DNA of 64,000 nucleotides from positions 708 through 64,707 of the forward strand of contig CAMJMQ010000015.1 in NCBI GenBank assembly GCA_946407065.1, in the 5' to 3' direction. Shown here piece by piece: positions 21,299 through 29,876 of the stretch (the stretch's first letter is position 1; every line of letters starts with the position of its first letter). The notes beneath the pieces are model-generated. The model saw only the letters and a list, made by a program, of their open reading frames with translations, ran no database searches and had not been told where the DNA came from. This stretch comes from an uncultured Clostridia bacterium. Its GTDB lineage: Bacteria > Bacillota > Clostridia > Oscillospirales > Acutalibacteraceae. The translations under genes and the position numbers were made by a program.

Positions 21299-22506
21299 AT
21301 GGCAAAAAGACAGAACGGAAAAGGAACCTTACGCAAGCGCAGCGACGGTCGCTGGGAAGGTCGATTCAATATCGGCGTGAATGAAAACGGAAAGCCGAAG
21401 GTCAAATACATCCTCGCCAAGACGCAGACGGAATGTGCCTACAAGCTGAAAACCGCAATCGAAGAGTATGAGCACGACAAGGAGATCGCCGAGCGCTGTA
21501 CCTTCCTCACAAATCCAAACCCAACGCTCAGCGAGTGGTCAGCCATCTGGCTCAGCTCCTACTGCAAGGGGATTATCCGTGAATCTACCTATGAAAACTA
21601 CGCCTACTTCTTCGAAAGATATATCAACCCCAGAATCGGAGAAATGGAGATTCGTAATATCTCCACCATTATCTGCCAACAACTGCTGATGGATCTGTAC
21701 ACCCACGGAGATTGATCGACACCTCTCAGGGCAAAGCAGGAACAGGTTACAGCCCGAAAACAGTCAAGAATGTCAAGATCGCGCTCCAGTCCTGTCTGCA
21801 AAAGGCGGAGGACGAAGAACTGATATCCAGAAATCCTGTCAAAGGAGTAAAGCTCCCAAAACTTCAAAAGAAGGAAATGAAAACCTTGAAAGTGAATGAG
21901 CTGAGCGCGTTCCTCAACGAAACGATCCGCTCCGACTGCTACGAATTCTACTTCCTCGAGATCACGACAGGGCTGAGATTAGGAGAGATCCTTGCGCTCG
22001 AGTGGGAGGATCTTGATGAAGAAAACAAAACAATCCGTGTGAACAAGCAAGTCAGACACTCCAAAAACGGAATGGAAGTGTCTACTCCGAAAACCCAGGC
22101 ATCCATCCGAACTATCAGTATCAGCGATGAATGTCTGAAATTGCTCAAAGGATTGAAAGCAAAACAGCCCGTCGGAACAAAGCTGATGTTTCCTTCACCT
22201 GTAACGGGAACCTACTATGATCCGAAATCTATCACATACAGGTTTCACAGGAAACAAAAGAGAGCAGGAGTACCGCAGATACGCTTCCACGATCTCAGAC
22301 ACAGCTTCGCGACCCTGTCAATCGAGCAGGTCATGGACATTAAAACGATCTCGCATATGCTCGGGCATACCGATGCAGGCTTCACGATGAACACCTATAT
22401 GCACGTGACAGACGCTATGCAACAGAACGTCGCCGACACGATGGGAGAGCTATTAAAAAGCAAAAAGGACGAGAACGAAGAGATAACCATCAAGTTCCCG
22501 GCGTAA
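21299..22506 (+). pseudogene. Tyrosine recombinase/integrase interrupted by a frameshift near 21710
   Basis: ORF 21299-21715 supplies the N-terminal SAM-like domain. ORF 21712-22506 supplies the catalytic domain (RLGEILALEWEDLD, HDLRHSFATL, LGHTDAGFTMNTYMHV). The two frames differ by one nucleotide at GGAGATTGATCG. This is either a real frameshift or a sequencing error. Confidence 0.8.
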
Positions 22507-22560
22507 CAAGTCAATATAAAGAAAAATCGGCAGGAGCGATCCTGCCGATATCTTTTTTAA

Positions 22561-22606
22561 CGGTCATTGCGAAGCCCCTTTAGGGGCTGTGGCAATCTCA
22601 ACCGAT
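22561..22606. repeat. Palindromic intergenic repeat, family 1, copy D
   Basis: GGTCATTGCGAAGCCCCTTTAGGGGCTGTGGCAATCTCAACCG. Confidence 0.75.
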
Positions 22607-22809
22607 TATAAGGAGCTTGATTGAGATACCAACCTCAAAAACTAAGAATTGTCTATTTGATTAATTAAAGTCGCGTTTTGCGTTGTGGTCAAATTGTGGT
22701 CAAAAGCTGTTTTGACCATATTTTTCCTCGAAATCTTTCAGAGCTGTTTTCAGGTTGAATGAAGCCAATTAAAACTGACAGAACCCCGAAAACCCACTGC
22801 TTAAGCCGT

Positions 22810-23118
22810 TTATAAGCAAAAGATAACAGCTCCCGATACCGAAATATCGAGAGCTGTTATGGCGCGCTGGAAGGGACTCGAACCCCCGACCTTTTGGTTC
22901 GTAGTAGGGTCGATGACCTTACCGCTTGCGTCGGTGCTTAACTGAGTAGATGTAGTGTCGCCTTTAGCGATCGTTGCCGTGGTTGCCTGTGCCTGATCGG
23001 GAGTAGCCGAGGAGTGATTACCACAGCGCGTAAATAACATGGCTAAGACGATAGCAAGGATCGCTACGAGCACAACCGCTATGATAGCGATGATTTTCTT
23101 GTTTTTGACTTTCATCAT
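22810..23118 (-). pseudogene. Small membrane-anchored protein whose reading frame runs into the tRNA fragment (probably truncated)
   Basis: N-terminus MMKVKNKKIIAIIAVVLVAILAIVLAMLF is a signal anchor. The C-terminal ~30 codons are the translated tRNA-Arg fragment and flank. Confidence 0.4.
22860..22904 (-). other. tRNA-Arg(ACG) 3' half (att-type remnant, not a complete gene)
   Basis: Reverse complement is CTACGAACCAAAAGGTCGGGGGTTCGAGTCCCTTCCAGCGCGCCA. This reads as anticodon loop CU-ACG-AA, 3' anticodon stem, variable AGGUC, T arm GGGGG-UUCGAGU-CCCUU, acceptor and CCA. The sequence 5' of the loop does not fold as a tRNA. Confidence 0.7.
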
Positions 23119-23203
23119 ATGACGTCCTTTCTGATATTTGCTTGATGTCTTTATATTGTAAGCCTTACACGTGATAGGAAGATAGTTGGGTCAGTGCGTA
23201 ACT

Positions 23204-23647
23204 TTATAACAAGGAGATGATCTTTAATCCTTTTTCCTTTGCGTAGCTTAGCGTATTCGCCGCGCCGCCTGCCCGATATACATAGCTGACAGCAACGCTC
23301 GACCATAACACCATGATCTTGTTCCTTTCGGGGATAGCTCGTTTGTGAAAAAAGTAGGTTTCCTGCTGTTCCTCAAACGGACAGATGATCTCGTCAAACA
23401 GATCGATATACGGCGTGCGGGGGTTGAGATAGGCTGTAACAAGAATGCTTTTAATGCTTGGATATCGCTTTTTCATCTTATGGAGTACTTTGGCACAAGT
23501 CTCATCAAAGTGTCCCATACCGCCGTTGAGAAATATCCTGATCCCCATATGGATCGCGACGATAATAGCTTGTTCGATATACTCTTCTTTAATGAAATAA
23601 CAATCTCTGTTGCCGATGAATAACGCTGTGATCTCTTTTCGTTCCAT
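23204..23647 (-). CDS. SLOG-fold DUF1273/YpsA-like protein, paralog 1
   Basis: Start trimmed to MERKEITALFIGNRDC. The pattern FLNGGMGHFDE ... GGAANTLSYAKEKGLKII matches DUF1273/YpsA-type proteins. Confidence 0.6.
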   Translation of the reverse strand: MERKEITALFIGNRDCYFIKEEYIEQAIIVAIHMGIRIFLNGGMGHFDETCAKVLHKMKKRYPSIKSILVTAYLNPRTPYIDLFDEIICPFEEQQETYFFHKRAIPERNKIMVLWSSVAVSYVYRAGGAANTLSYAKEKGLKIISLL

Positions 23648-23711
23648 ATACTTGAAAATAAAAAAAGCGCAGCCCACGAGGTGAACTACGCCGAAAAACA
23701 CATAGCTCCTT

Positions 23712-23878
23712 GTTGCTACACAATTTCACTTGCCTTGATTACTCTTAGCGCATGAGTTGAGCCTGTGTTTTTGCACAGTTTATCACTCATGCACCAAAAA
23801 ATAACACGAATAAGCATAGACAGGTTGACCTGCCTATACGCAATCAAGAAAGATATTCAAGTGAAATTATGTAGCAAC
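23712..23878. repeat. 21-bp inverted repeats enclosing a 125-bp structured spacer
   Basis: GTTGCTACACAATTTCACTTG (23712-23732) versus CAAGTGAAATTATGTAGCAAC (23858-23878), with one mismatch. The spacer contains further palindromes (GCATGAGT...ACTCATGC, ATAGACAGG..CCTGCCTAT). Confidence 0.7.
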
Positions 23879-23946
23879 TTCATCATACCACAACAGATGG
23901 TGAAATGCAATATTAAAGCATCGAGGGATTAAGATTTCGTATCATT

Positions 23947-24354
23947 CTACCATTCTGATTCCTCTTCATCTTCGTATTCTTTGAATAACTGTTCTTTGGC
24001 TCTACAGTAAAAGTAGCTCATAAATGCCGAGAGCACCTGCTCCCGATTTTCTTGTTCGGTGCCGGCGCCGGCTTTCAGCCGTTCGATCAGCACATCCGAT
24101 AACGTATTGATAATGTTGTTGACAGAGCCGAACATAGACGTCCGCATACCATAATCTCCATTTTCTAATTTATCGGAAATGATCATGATACCTGTACACA
24201 AGAGCTGTGCTTCAGGGTTCGTTGCCAGCAGGCGTTTGGTAGCCCTATATCTGTTCCTGAAACAATGCACATACATAAGATCTGCTACAGTATATTTCAT
24301 GCTGACGGTTTCTTTATCGTTTTCATGACGATTTTGCTGTTCATTCTGTTTCAT
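23947..24354 (-). CDS. Hypothetical protein
   Basis: 135-aa ORF with an acidic C-terminus. No motif recognised. The start could be the internal MKYTVADL. Confidence 0.4.
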   Translation of the reverse strand: MKQNEQQNRHENDKETVSMKYTVADLMYVHCFRNRYRATKRLLATNPEAQLLCTGIMIISDKLENGDYGMRTSMFGSVNNIINTLSDVLIERLKAGAGTEQENREQVLSAFMSYFYCRAKEQLFKEYEDEEESEW

Positions 24355-24566
24355 ATTGCGTATCTCCTGAAGATAATTATTTTACAGATACATTATAACA
24401 CACCTCTCGCGAGATTTCAACGCTTTAAAGCGATGAAATCAAATTATTTCTGTCTTTATGCAACAATAACAGCCGCCTGCGTTTGCAAGCGGCTGTCGGT
24501 GTAGTTTTCCAGAATGGTTATCAATATTTTGTTGGTACAAAAGCTTTTTTTCTCTGCTGAACTTGA

Positions 24567-24821
24567 TTATTCTGCCAGCTCCTTAAATGCCGAAAGATAT
24601 TTTTCAAGGATTCTTTTTGCAACAATATCGATCTTCTCATCTTCGCTCAACTCGAGAAGGGAGCCGTTTTTCTCGATATCGATAACAAGATACTTTGGTT
24701 TATTGTTCTTGAAGATGATCGCCTCACCTTTCTCTTCCGCCGTTTTCGCAACCTGAGAGAAGTTCTGATTTGCCTGCGTCATCGAGAATACCGTGTTTGT
24801 ATCAATATACATCAATATCAC
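24567..24821 (-). CDS. Phd/YefM-type antitoxin-like protein (no toxin partner)
   Basis: FSMTQANQNFSQVAKTAEEKGEAIIFKNNKPKYLVIDIE matches the Phd/YefM N-domain. It is followed by a hairpin terminator (about 24469-24492), not by a toxin gene. Confidence 0.6.
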   Translation of the reverse strand: MILMYIDTNTVFSMTQANQNFSQVAKTAEEKGEAIIFKNNKPKYLVIDIEKNGSLLELSEDEKIDIVAKRILEKYLSAFKELAE

Positions 24822-24868
24822 CTTATAATATAGGATAAATTTTTCGTGGCTATTTAGCTGATCATTTT

Positions 24869-27800
24869 TTACGCCGCAGCGTTATTATTGATGAGCTCAA
24901 TCGTTTGTCGGATTCTGTACCACAACGACAGATCGGTGAACACTTCTACAATGCTGCCTCTGTCGGTAAACGGCGGTTCTTGCAGGACGGACATATCCTT
25001 TAGGACACCGTTGTGGATGATGTATTCGACGATCTGATTGACGAAGTAGATTTGTCTGTCGTCGAGGTTCGCGTCGCTCAGATATTCGGCGAAGGCTTCC
25101 TTTGCCGCCCTCATATCCATACCGACGATCTCGCGCACGAATTCGCCGAGCGGTTTTGTGCCGTACTGTGCCTCATACTCCTCTTTAGAGCCAAGGTCAT
25201 TCCACAGCAATTCCTCCAATCCTGCGATATCCTCCGACGTCAGCGGGACATTCCCTTTCAGCTTGGCGATCGCGCCCTCACCCTGATGTTGGCGAATATA
25301 ATACTCCACCTTTTCACGGTAGTTCTGCAAATCATCACTATCAAGCTCCGACTCGTTCCAGTCGATCGAAAGGATCTCGTCATCAAAATTCGTGTTGTAA
25401 ATATCGCCCCGATAAGGGATGTATTTCATCAGGTTCCTGAGACACTCGCGGATATGCTCAAATTCGTTGATCCCCGCGTTGTCGAAATAGTCCGTATGCA
25501 GGATCTTGTTGATCAGCTCGGACTGCGCCATGATCTCGGGGATATTCGCCACGCTCGCGACGCCCTGCACCTTGCCGAAGAAATCCTTTCTGCGCTTGCC
25601 GTACTTTTTACCGGCAAGATAGCACAGCTCGATCCCGTACATCAGCGCATCGAAGCGCACCGCTTTCGCGTCATCCTCGTCGGGGATGATCAACGGCGCC
25701 AGCTCGTCGCGGATCGTCAACGTGTCCTCATAAGTCAGCGCGGTGTAGCTGTCCTTTGATGAAAACTTCTCGACATAGCGCAAATGCTGTCGGACGGCAA
25801 AATTCTCTCGATTCAGCTCCAGCGTCTTATGTACCATGTCATCCACCAGCGATTCTCTGAACGCGATCAGGTCGGTCGTTTGATACTCCAAATCCTGCAG
25901 CTTGAATACAATCTGCGCTTTCAGGTGGAAGATCGCGCTTTGCAGCGCCGCGTTATTGGCGCTGGGCTTACCCTTGTTCATGCGGAAGAATTCAAAGTTA
26001 CCGCAGAAATCGAAGATATAGAACTTGTCCTTATCCTTGCCGTCAAGCAGGTTTTCGCATAATCTGGTGCCGCGGCCGATCATCTGCCAGAACTTCGCCT
26101 TACTCATGACCTTCTTGAAGAAGACGAGGTTCAGCACCTCGGGCACATCGATACCCGTGTCGAGCATATCGACCGAGATCGCGATCTGCGGCATTTTCTG
26201 CGGATCAGAGAACTCGTCGATCAGGCTTTGCGCATAGTTGACATGGTTGTCGATCACCTTGGCAAAACCGTGTTGCAGATGCGGATACTCCTTATTGAAC
26301 ACCTCGAGGATCTTCTCCGCGTGGTTATGGTTCTTCGCAAAAATAATCGTCTTGCCGATCTTCTGACCATAATCCACCGTCAAGCCGTTGGTCATCAGAA
26401 TATGCAGCACCTCGCGGATGGTATCGGTGTTGAAGATCCATTCATTCAGCGCGCCCGATCCGATGCTGTCGGGCATCTCGCCGTCCTCATCGGTGAAGGT
26501 GCTTTCATATTGCGCCTTATCCTCGTCGGACAGATCATCATAGACGATGCCCTGCTCGATGAATTTCAGTCGGGTTTCCACCGACATGAAGTCGACCAGA
26601 AAACCGTCCTTGACCGCCTGACTCAGCTCGTAGGCATAGGTCGGTTCGTTGTCATTCAGATCGAACACCTCATAGGTGTTTTTCTCTACCTCATCCTTCG
26701 GGGTCGCGGTAAGCCCGACCAGCGGCGCGTCGAAGTAGTTGAAGATATCCTTATACTTGTTATAGATGGAGCGGTGCGCCTCGTCGCAGATCAAGAGATC
26801 GAAGTGACCGCAGGTAAAGAGCTTGCCCTCATCGTCCTTGACCTCGTCGATACAGCCCATCATCGTCTGATAGGTCGAGAAAACGCAGTGCGCCGTATAA
26901 TTATCCTTTTCCTCACACAGATTTGTCACGCTCAGGTCGGGCAGGAGATTGACAAAACTGCGCTTTGCCTGTGTCACGAGCGAGGTGCGGTCGGCGAGGA
27001 ACAGAATATTCTTCACCCAGCCGTGTTGCAACAGAACGTCGCACAGCGAAATGATCGTCCTCGTTTTACCGGAGCCGGTCGCCATGACGAGCAGCGCCTT
27101 GCGGCGATTTTTCTTATCAAAAGCGTCGCACACCGCCTTGACCGCCGCTTCCTGATAATAGCGTCCGGCGATATCGCGGTTGATATAGATATTTTTGAGA
27201 GGTCGGCGCATGGTCTGGAGATTGAAGAACTTTTCCAGATCGCGCTTTGACCAGATTGCCGCTACCCTGCGCTCGGGATAGATTCCGTCGTCGATGCGGG
27301 TATCAAAGCCGTTGGTCAGGAAGATGACCGGACGGCGGTGATACTTTTTCTCGAGCAGATCGGCATAGAGCTTTGCCTGCTGTCTGCCGACGGCGGGATC
27401 CTTACAGGTGCGCTTGGCTTCGATCACCGCGAGCGCCCTGCCGTCGTCGCCGTACAGCACATAATCGGCATAGCCGACCTCGGAGTGGTTCGGCATACCG
27501 GGCAGCTCCACCTCATCCAGCCAGTCCCTGCCCTGCGTCCAGCCCGCGTCGGTCAGCATGGTGTCGATATAGATCTTGCGGGTCGCGAATTCGGTCAGGT
27601 CGATCGGCTTGGGGGTGTAGGTCTGCTGTTGCTCGGATCGGCGAGCGGTCAGCTCCTCGCGCAGGCTTTGGTTCTCCGCTGTCAGCTTTTCGAGATCGAT
27701 CTCTTTTTCGGCGAGCTTGGCGGTCTCCGCCTTCAAGCGTTCATTCTCTGCTTTCAGGCTGTCGATATCGACCTTTTCGCCGTCCGATACCATCGCCATC

Positions 27801-28237
27801 GCCTCCTCGGCGGTCAGCCGGAGCAGTGAGGGGTCAAAGGTATGTTCGCGATACTCCTTGCCGTAGCAGTAGGCGACAAAATCCATGAAGTAAAACAGAT
27901 TCTCTACGCACAGCTCGGCCTGCTGAACGGTGACCCTTTGACCGGTGTGGGCGGAGCGGTTGCCGACCTTGCGGATGAAGTCCATGCGGCGCAGGATATC
28001 GTCGCCCGCGATATCGCGGAACTCCTCGGTAGACATCAGCACCGCGAGCGTTTCGTTATACGGCAGCTTGAGATCCTTGTCGACCGAATACATCCACTTG
28101 ACCGCGAACTCCATCGCCCTGCGGCAGTTGAACGCGCAGGCGTCGGGGTCGATATGTAAGATACGCTCCGCACTGATCGCCACATCCGCAAAGCTCTCAA
28201 ACCCCTTGTCCTGTTTTAAGAAATCAAAGTTGGTCAT
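24869..28237 (-). CDS. hsdR: Type I restriction enzyme R subunit with N-terminal DUF4145-like domain and coiled coil
   Basis: Start taken as MTNFDFLKQ (ATG 28235-28237) behind AGGTGA. Helicase motifs MATGSGKT and LLICDEAHRS. The N-terminus contains RKVGNRSAHTG, followed by a KAENERLKAETAKLAEKE coiled coil. Confidence 0.92.
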   Translation of the reverse strand: MTNFDFLKQDKGFESFADVAISAERILHIDPDACAFNCRRAMEFAVKWMYSVDKDLKLPYNETLAVLMSTEEFRDIAGDDILRRMDFIRKVGNRSAHTGQRVTVQQAELCVENLFYFMDFVAYCYGKEYREHTFDPSLLRLTAEEAMAMVSDGEKVDIDSLKAENERLKAETAKLAEKEIDLEKLTAENQSLREELTARRSEQQQTYTPKPIDLTEFATRKIYIDTMLTDAGWTQGRDWLDEVELPGMPNHSEVGYADYVLYGDDGRALAVIEAKRTCKDPAVGRQQAKLYADLLEKKYHRRPVIFLTNGFDTRIDDGIYPERRVAAIWSKRDLEKFFNLQTMRRPLKNIYINRDIAGRYYQEAAVKAVCDAFDKKNRRKALLVMATGSGKTRTIISLCDVLLQHGWVKNILFLADRTSLVTQAKRSFVNLLPDLSVTNLCEEKDNYTAHCVFSTYQTMMGCIDEVKDDEGKLFTCGHFDLLICDEAHRSIYNKYKDIFNYFDAPLVGLTATPKDEVEKNTYEVFDLNDNEPTYAYELSQAVKDGFLVDFMSVETRLKFIEQGIVYDDLSDEDKAQYESTFTDEDGEMPDSIGSGALNEWIFNTDTIREVLHILMTNGLTVDYGQKIGKTIIFAKNHNHAEKILEVFNKEYPHLQHGFAKVIDNHVNYAQSLIDEFSDPQKMPQIAISVDMLDTGIDVPEVLNLVFFKKVMSKAKFWQMIGRGTRLCENLLDGKDKDKFYIFDFCGNFEFFRMNKGKPSANNAALQSAIFHLKAQIVFKLQDLEYQTTDLIAFRESLVDDMVHKTLELNRENFAVRQHLRYVEKFSSKDSYTALTYEDTLTIRDELAPLIIPDEDDAKAVRFDALMYGIELCYLAGKKYGKRRKDFFGKVQGVASVANIPEIMAQSELINKILHTDYFDNAGINEFEHIRECLRNLMKYIPYRGDIYNTNFDDEILSIDWNESELDSDDLQNYREKVEYYIRQHQGEGAIAKLKGNVPLTSEDIAGLEELLWNDLGSKEEYEAQYGTKPLGEFVREIVGMDMRAAKEAFAEYLSDANLDDRQIYFVNQIVEYIIHNGVLKDMSVLQEPPFTDRGSIVEVFTDLSLWYRIRQTIELINNNAAA

Positions 28238-28250
28238 GTTTATCACCTGA

Positions 28251-29024
28251 TTACTCATTCAATGAATCAATATCTATATATAAATTCTGAAATCTAACTA
28301 TATCATTTTCTTGATATTCAATCTTTAGCCTTTTGAATATCCTTTTTATCAATTTGATATTCCTGTTAAAGGCTGTTCCTCTCCACAAATATTTATCTAT
28401 AACATTTGTTTGGAGATGCTCTTTTATTGAATTAACAGTTTCTTCTCTAAGTGATGAATAGCTTTTAAATGCCTCTTCTATTGTAGGGTGTCTGCCTGCC
28501 GGGGTATTATCATGTATGTGATTATAAAATATATTATAATAGTATTCACCATCAAAATCTTGAATAATCTCTATTCCTCTTTTTAAATGTTTATTTGTAA
28601 TTGTGTGATCGACAAACAAATCCGAATCAAATATGATTCTGCAATATTTTGCCTGCAATTCTAATTGATACGCCTTTACGATAGCGGGTCCGAATACTGT
28701 TGTATTTGAATAATAGTATTTGCCTTTTGTAATTCCTCCCCGAAAGTATAGTCCTGTATCTTCATACAGTTCAAGTTCCGCCAAATGAATTGCTGTCAAT
28801 AATAAAGGTAAGCTATCAGATTCTTGATCGTTAGTTGTTAACACTATACTGTCAGAAAAGAAAGCCATTCTTAGGTTTAGTTTAGCTGAATTATTAAACA
28901 GGTATTGAAAATTATTGACAAAATGAAGAAGCTTATCAACTATCTCAATATTGTTTTCATCTAGAACCAGATTACTAAAGCCTAGTATATCAATAAAGGC
29001 TACATAACCAAATTCGTATTCCAT
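28251..29024 (-). CDS. Class III nucleotidyl-cyclase-like protein (stand-alone, 257 aa), function unknown
   Basis: Start trimmed to MEYEFGYVAFIDILGFS (ATG 29022-29024) behind GGAGG. Ordered motifs FIDILGFS, MAFFSDSIVL, FRGGITKG and VFGPAIVKAYQLE parallel the FxD[IV]xGF[ST] / xD / RxGIxxG / VxGxxVNxAxR pattern of class III cyclases. Strongly AT-rich. Confidence 0.5.
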   Translation of the reverse strand: MEYEFGYVAFIDILGFSNLVLDENNIEIVDKLLHFVNNFQYLFNNSAKLNLRMAFFSDSIVLTTNDQESDSLPLLLTAIHLAELELYEDTGLYFRGGITKGKYYYSNTTVFGPAIVKAYQLELQAKYCRIIFDSDLFVDHTITNKHLKRGIEIIQDFDGEYYYNIFYNHIHDNTPAGRHPTIEEAFKSYSSLREETVNSIKEHLQTNVIDKYLWRGTAFNRNIKLIKRIFKRLKIEYQENDIVRFQNLYIDIDSLNE

Positions 29025-29098
29025 TTTGTCCTCCAAGCTATAATACGAAATATGAAATAACAACTCCAAACATATCGTTTTACTTGATTAATTCTTTC

Positions 29099-29863
29099 TC
29101 ATCTATAAATCGCTAATACATCCAGAGTACGATAATCTTCATCAACCTTAATTGGTTCTATGCTTTTGTTTTTGGAATCAATCGATTTTCTTGCAGCCCT
29201 GTTCAATGACAAAAAGTCTTTTAATGGATCAAAAAACGGTTTCTTTTCCTCAATAACTCTTGATGATACTCTTGCCAATATAGTAACTTCTTCATCCGTA
29301 TCAACAAACTCCTGTATATCAATTGTTAAAAGGTCTTTATTCAGTTTGCTGCACAGCAGTATATCTTCGTTGCTATCAATAATAACTGGAATTTTGGACG
29401 CGTTAGCTCCTGATATTAATGATTCTAAAGCGGATTGCTCATTTTCATCAGCAGTTTGGTTTTGCATTGCAGATATGAGAAAGGGCTTGAACTGTTCTAC
29501 CAGTTGCATCATATCGAAACTTTCCGGAATACTGATATTTGCATCTATTTTTATGATGCTTCCCCTCGGCACCGTTTTTAATTCAAATTCACTTGATTCT
29601 GTAAAATCAAAGTAATCTTCACCTTCTTTTTTCTTTTCTAATAACGCTTCAAATTCATTGCAGTCGTATAAAGCACTTTCAGTAACTTTAGCAGTATACT
29701 TTTTATCTGCTGAGGCATCAGCTTTGATTCCTGAAAAATCTACGCCTATTCCTTTTCCTTTTGCAACCTCATATTCTGAAACTTCAATTTGCTTTTTTCC
29801 TGTGATCAATGATGTGTATTCACCAACAGTTTTTTTGTCATAATATAATATCTTGCCAAACAT
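29099..29863 (-). CDS. Hypothetical acidic protein (254 aa), partner of the cyclase-like gene
   Basis: ATG at 29861-29863 lies 13 nt after the hsdS stop, behind GAAAGGA. No TM segment and no motif I can name. AT-rich. Confidence 0.6.
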   Translation of the reverse strand: MFGKILYYDKKTVGEYTSLITGKKQIEVSEYEVAKGKGIGVDFSGIKADASADKKYTAKVTESALYDCNEFEALLEKKKEGEDYFDFTESSEFELKTVPRGSIIKIDANISIPESFDMMQLVEQFKPFLISAMQNQTADENEQSALESLISGANASKIPVIIDSNEDILLCSKLNKDLLTIDIQEFVDTDEEVTILARVSSRVIEEKKPFFDPLKDFLSLNRAARKSIDSKNKSIEPIKVDEDYRTLDVLAIYR

Positions 29864-29876
29864 TGTTTTGTCCTTT

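Noticed and set aside
28251-29024. Reading the cyclase-like protein as a GGDEF diguanylate cyclase or a Cas10/mCpol palm.
   Set aside because: There is no GG(D/E)EF or GGDD motif. The first motif FIDILGFS and the RGGITKG block fit class III cyclases better. Fold-level discrimination needs HHpred or structure prediction.
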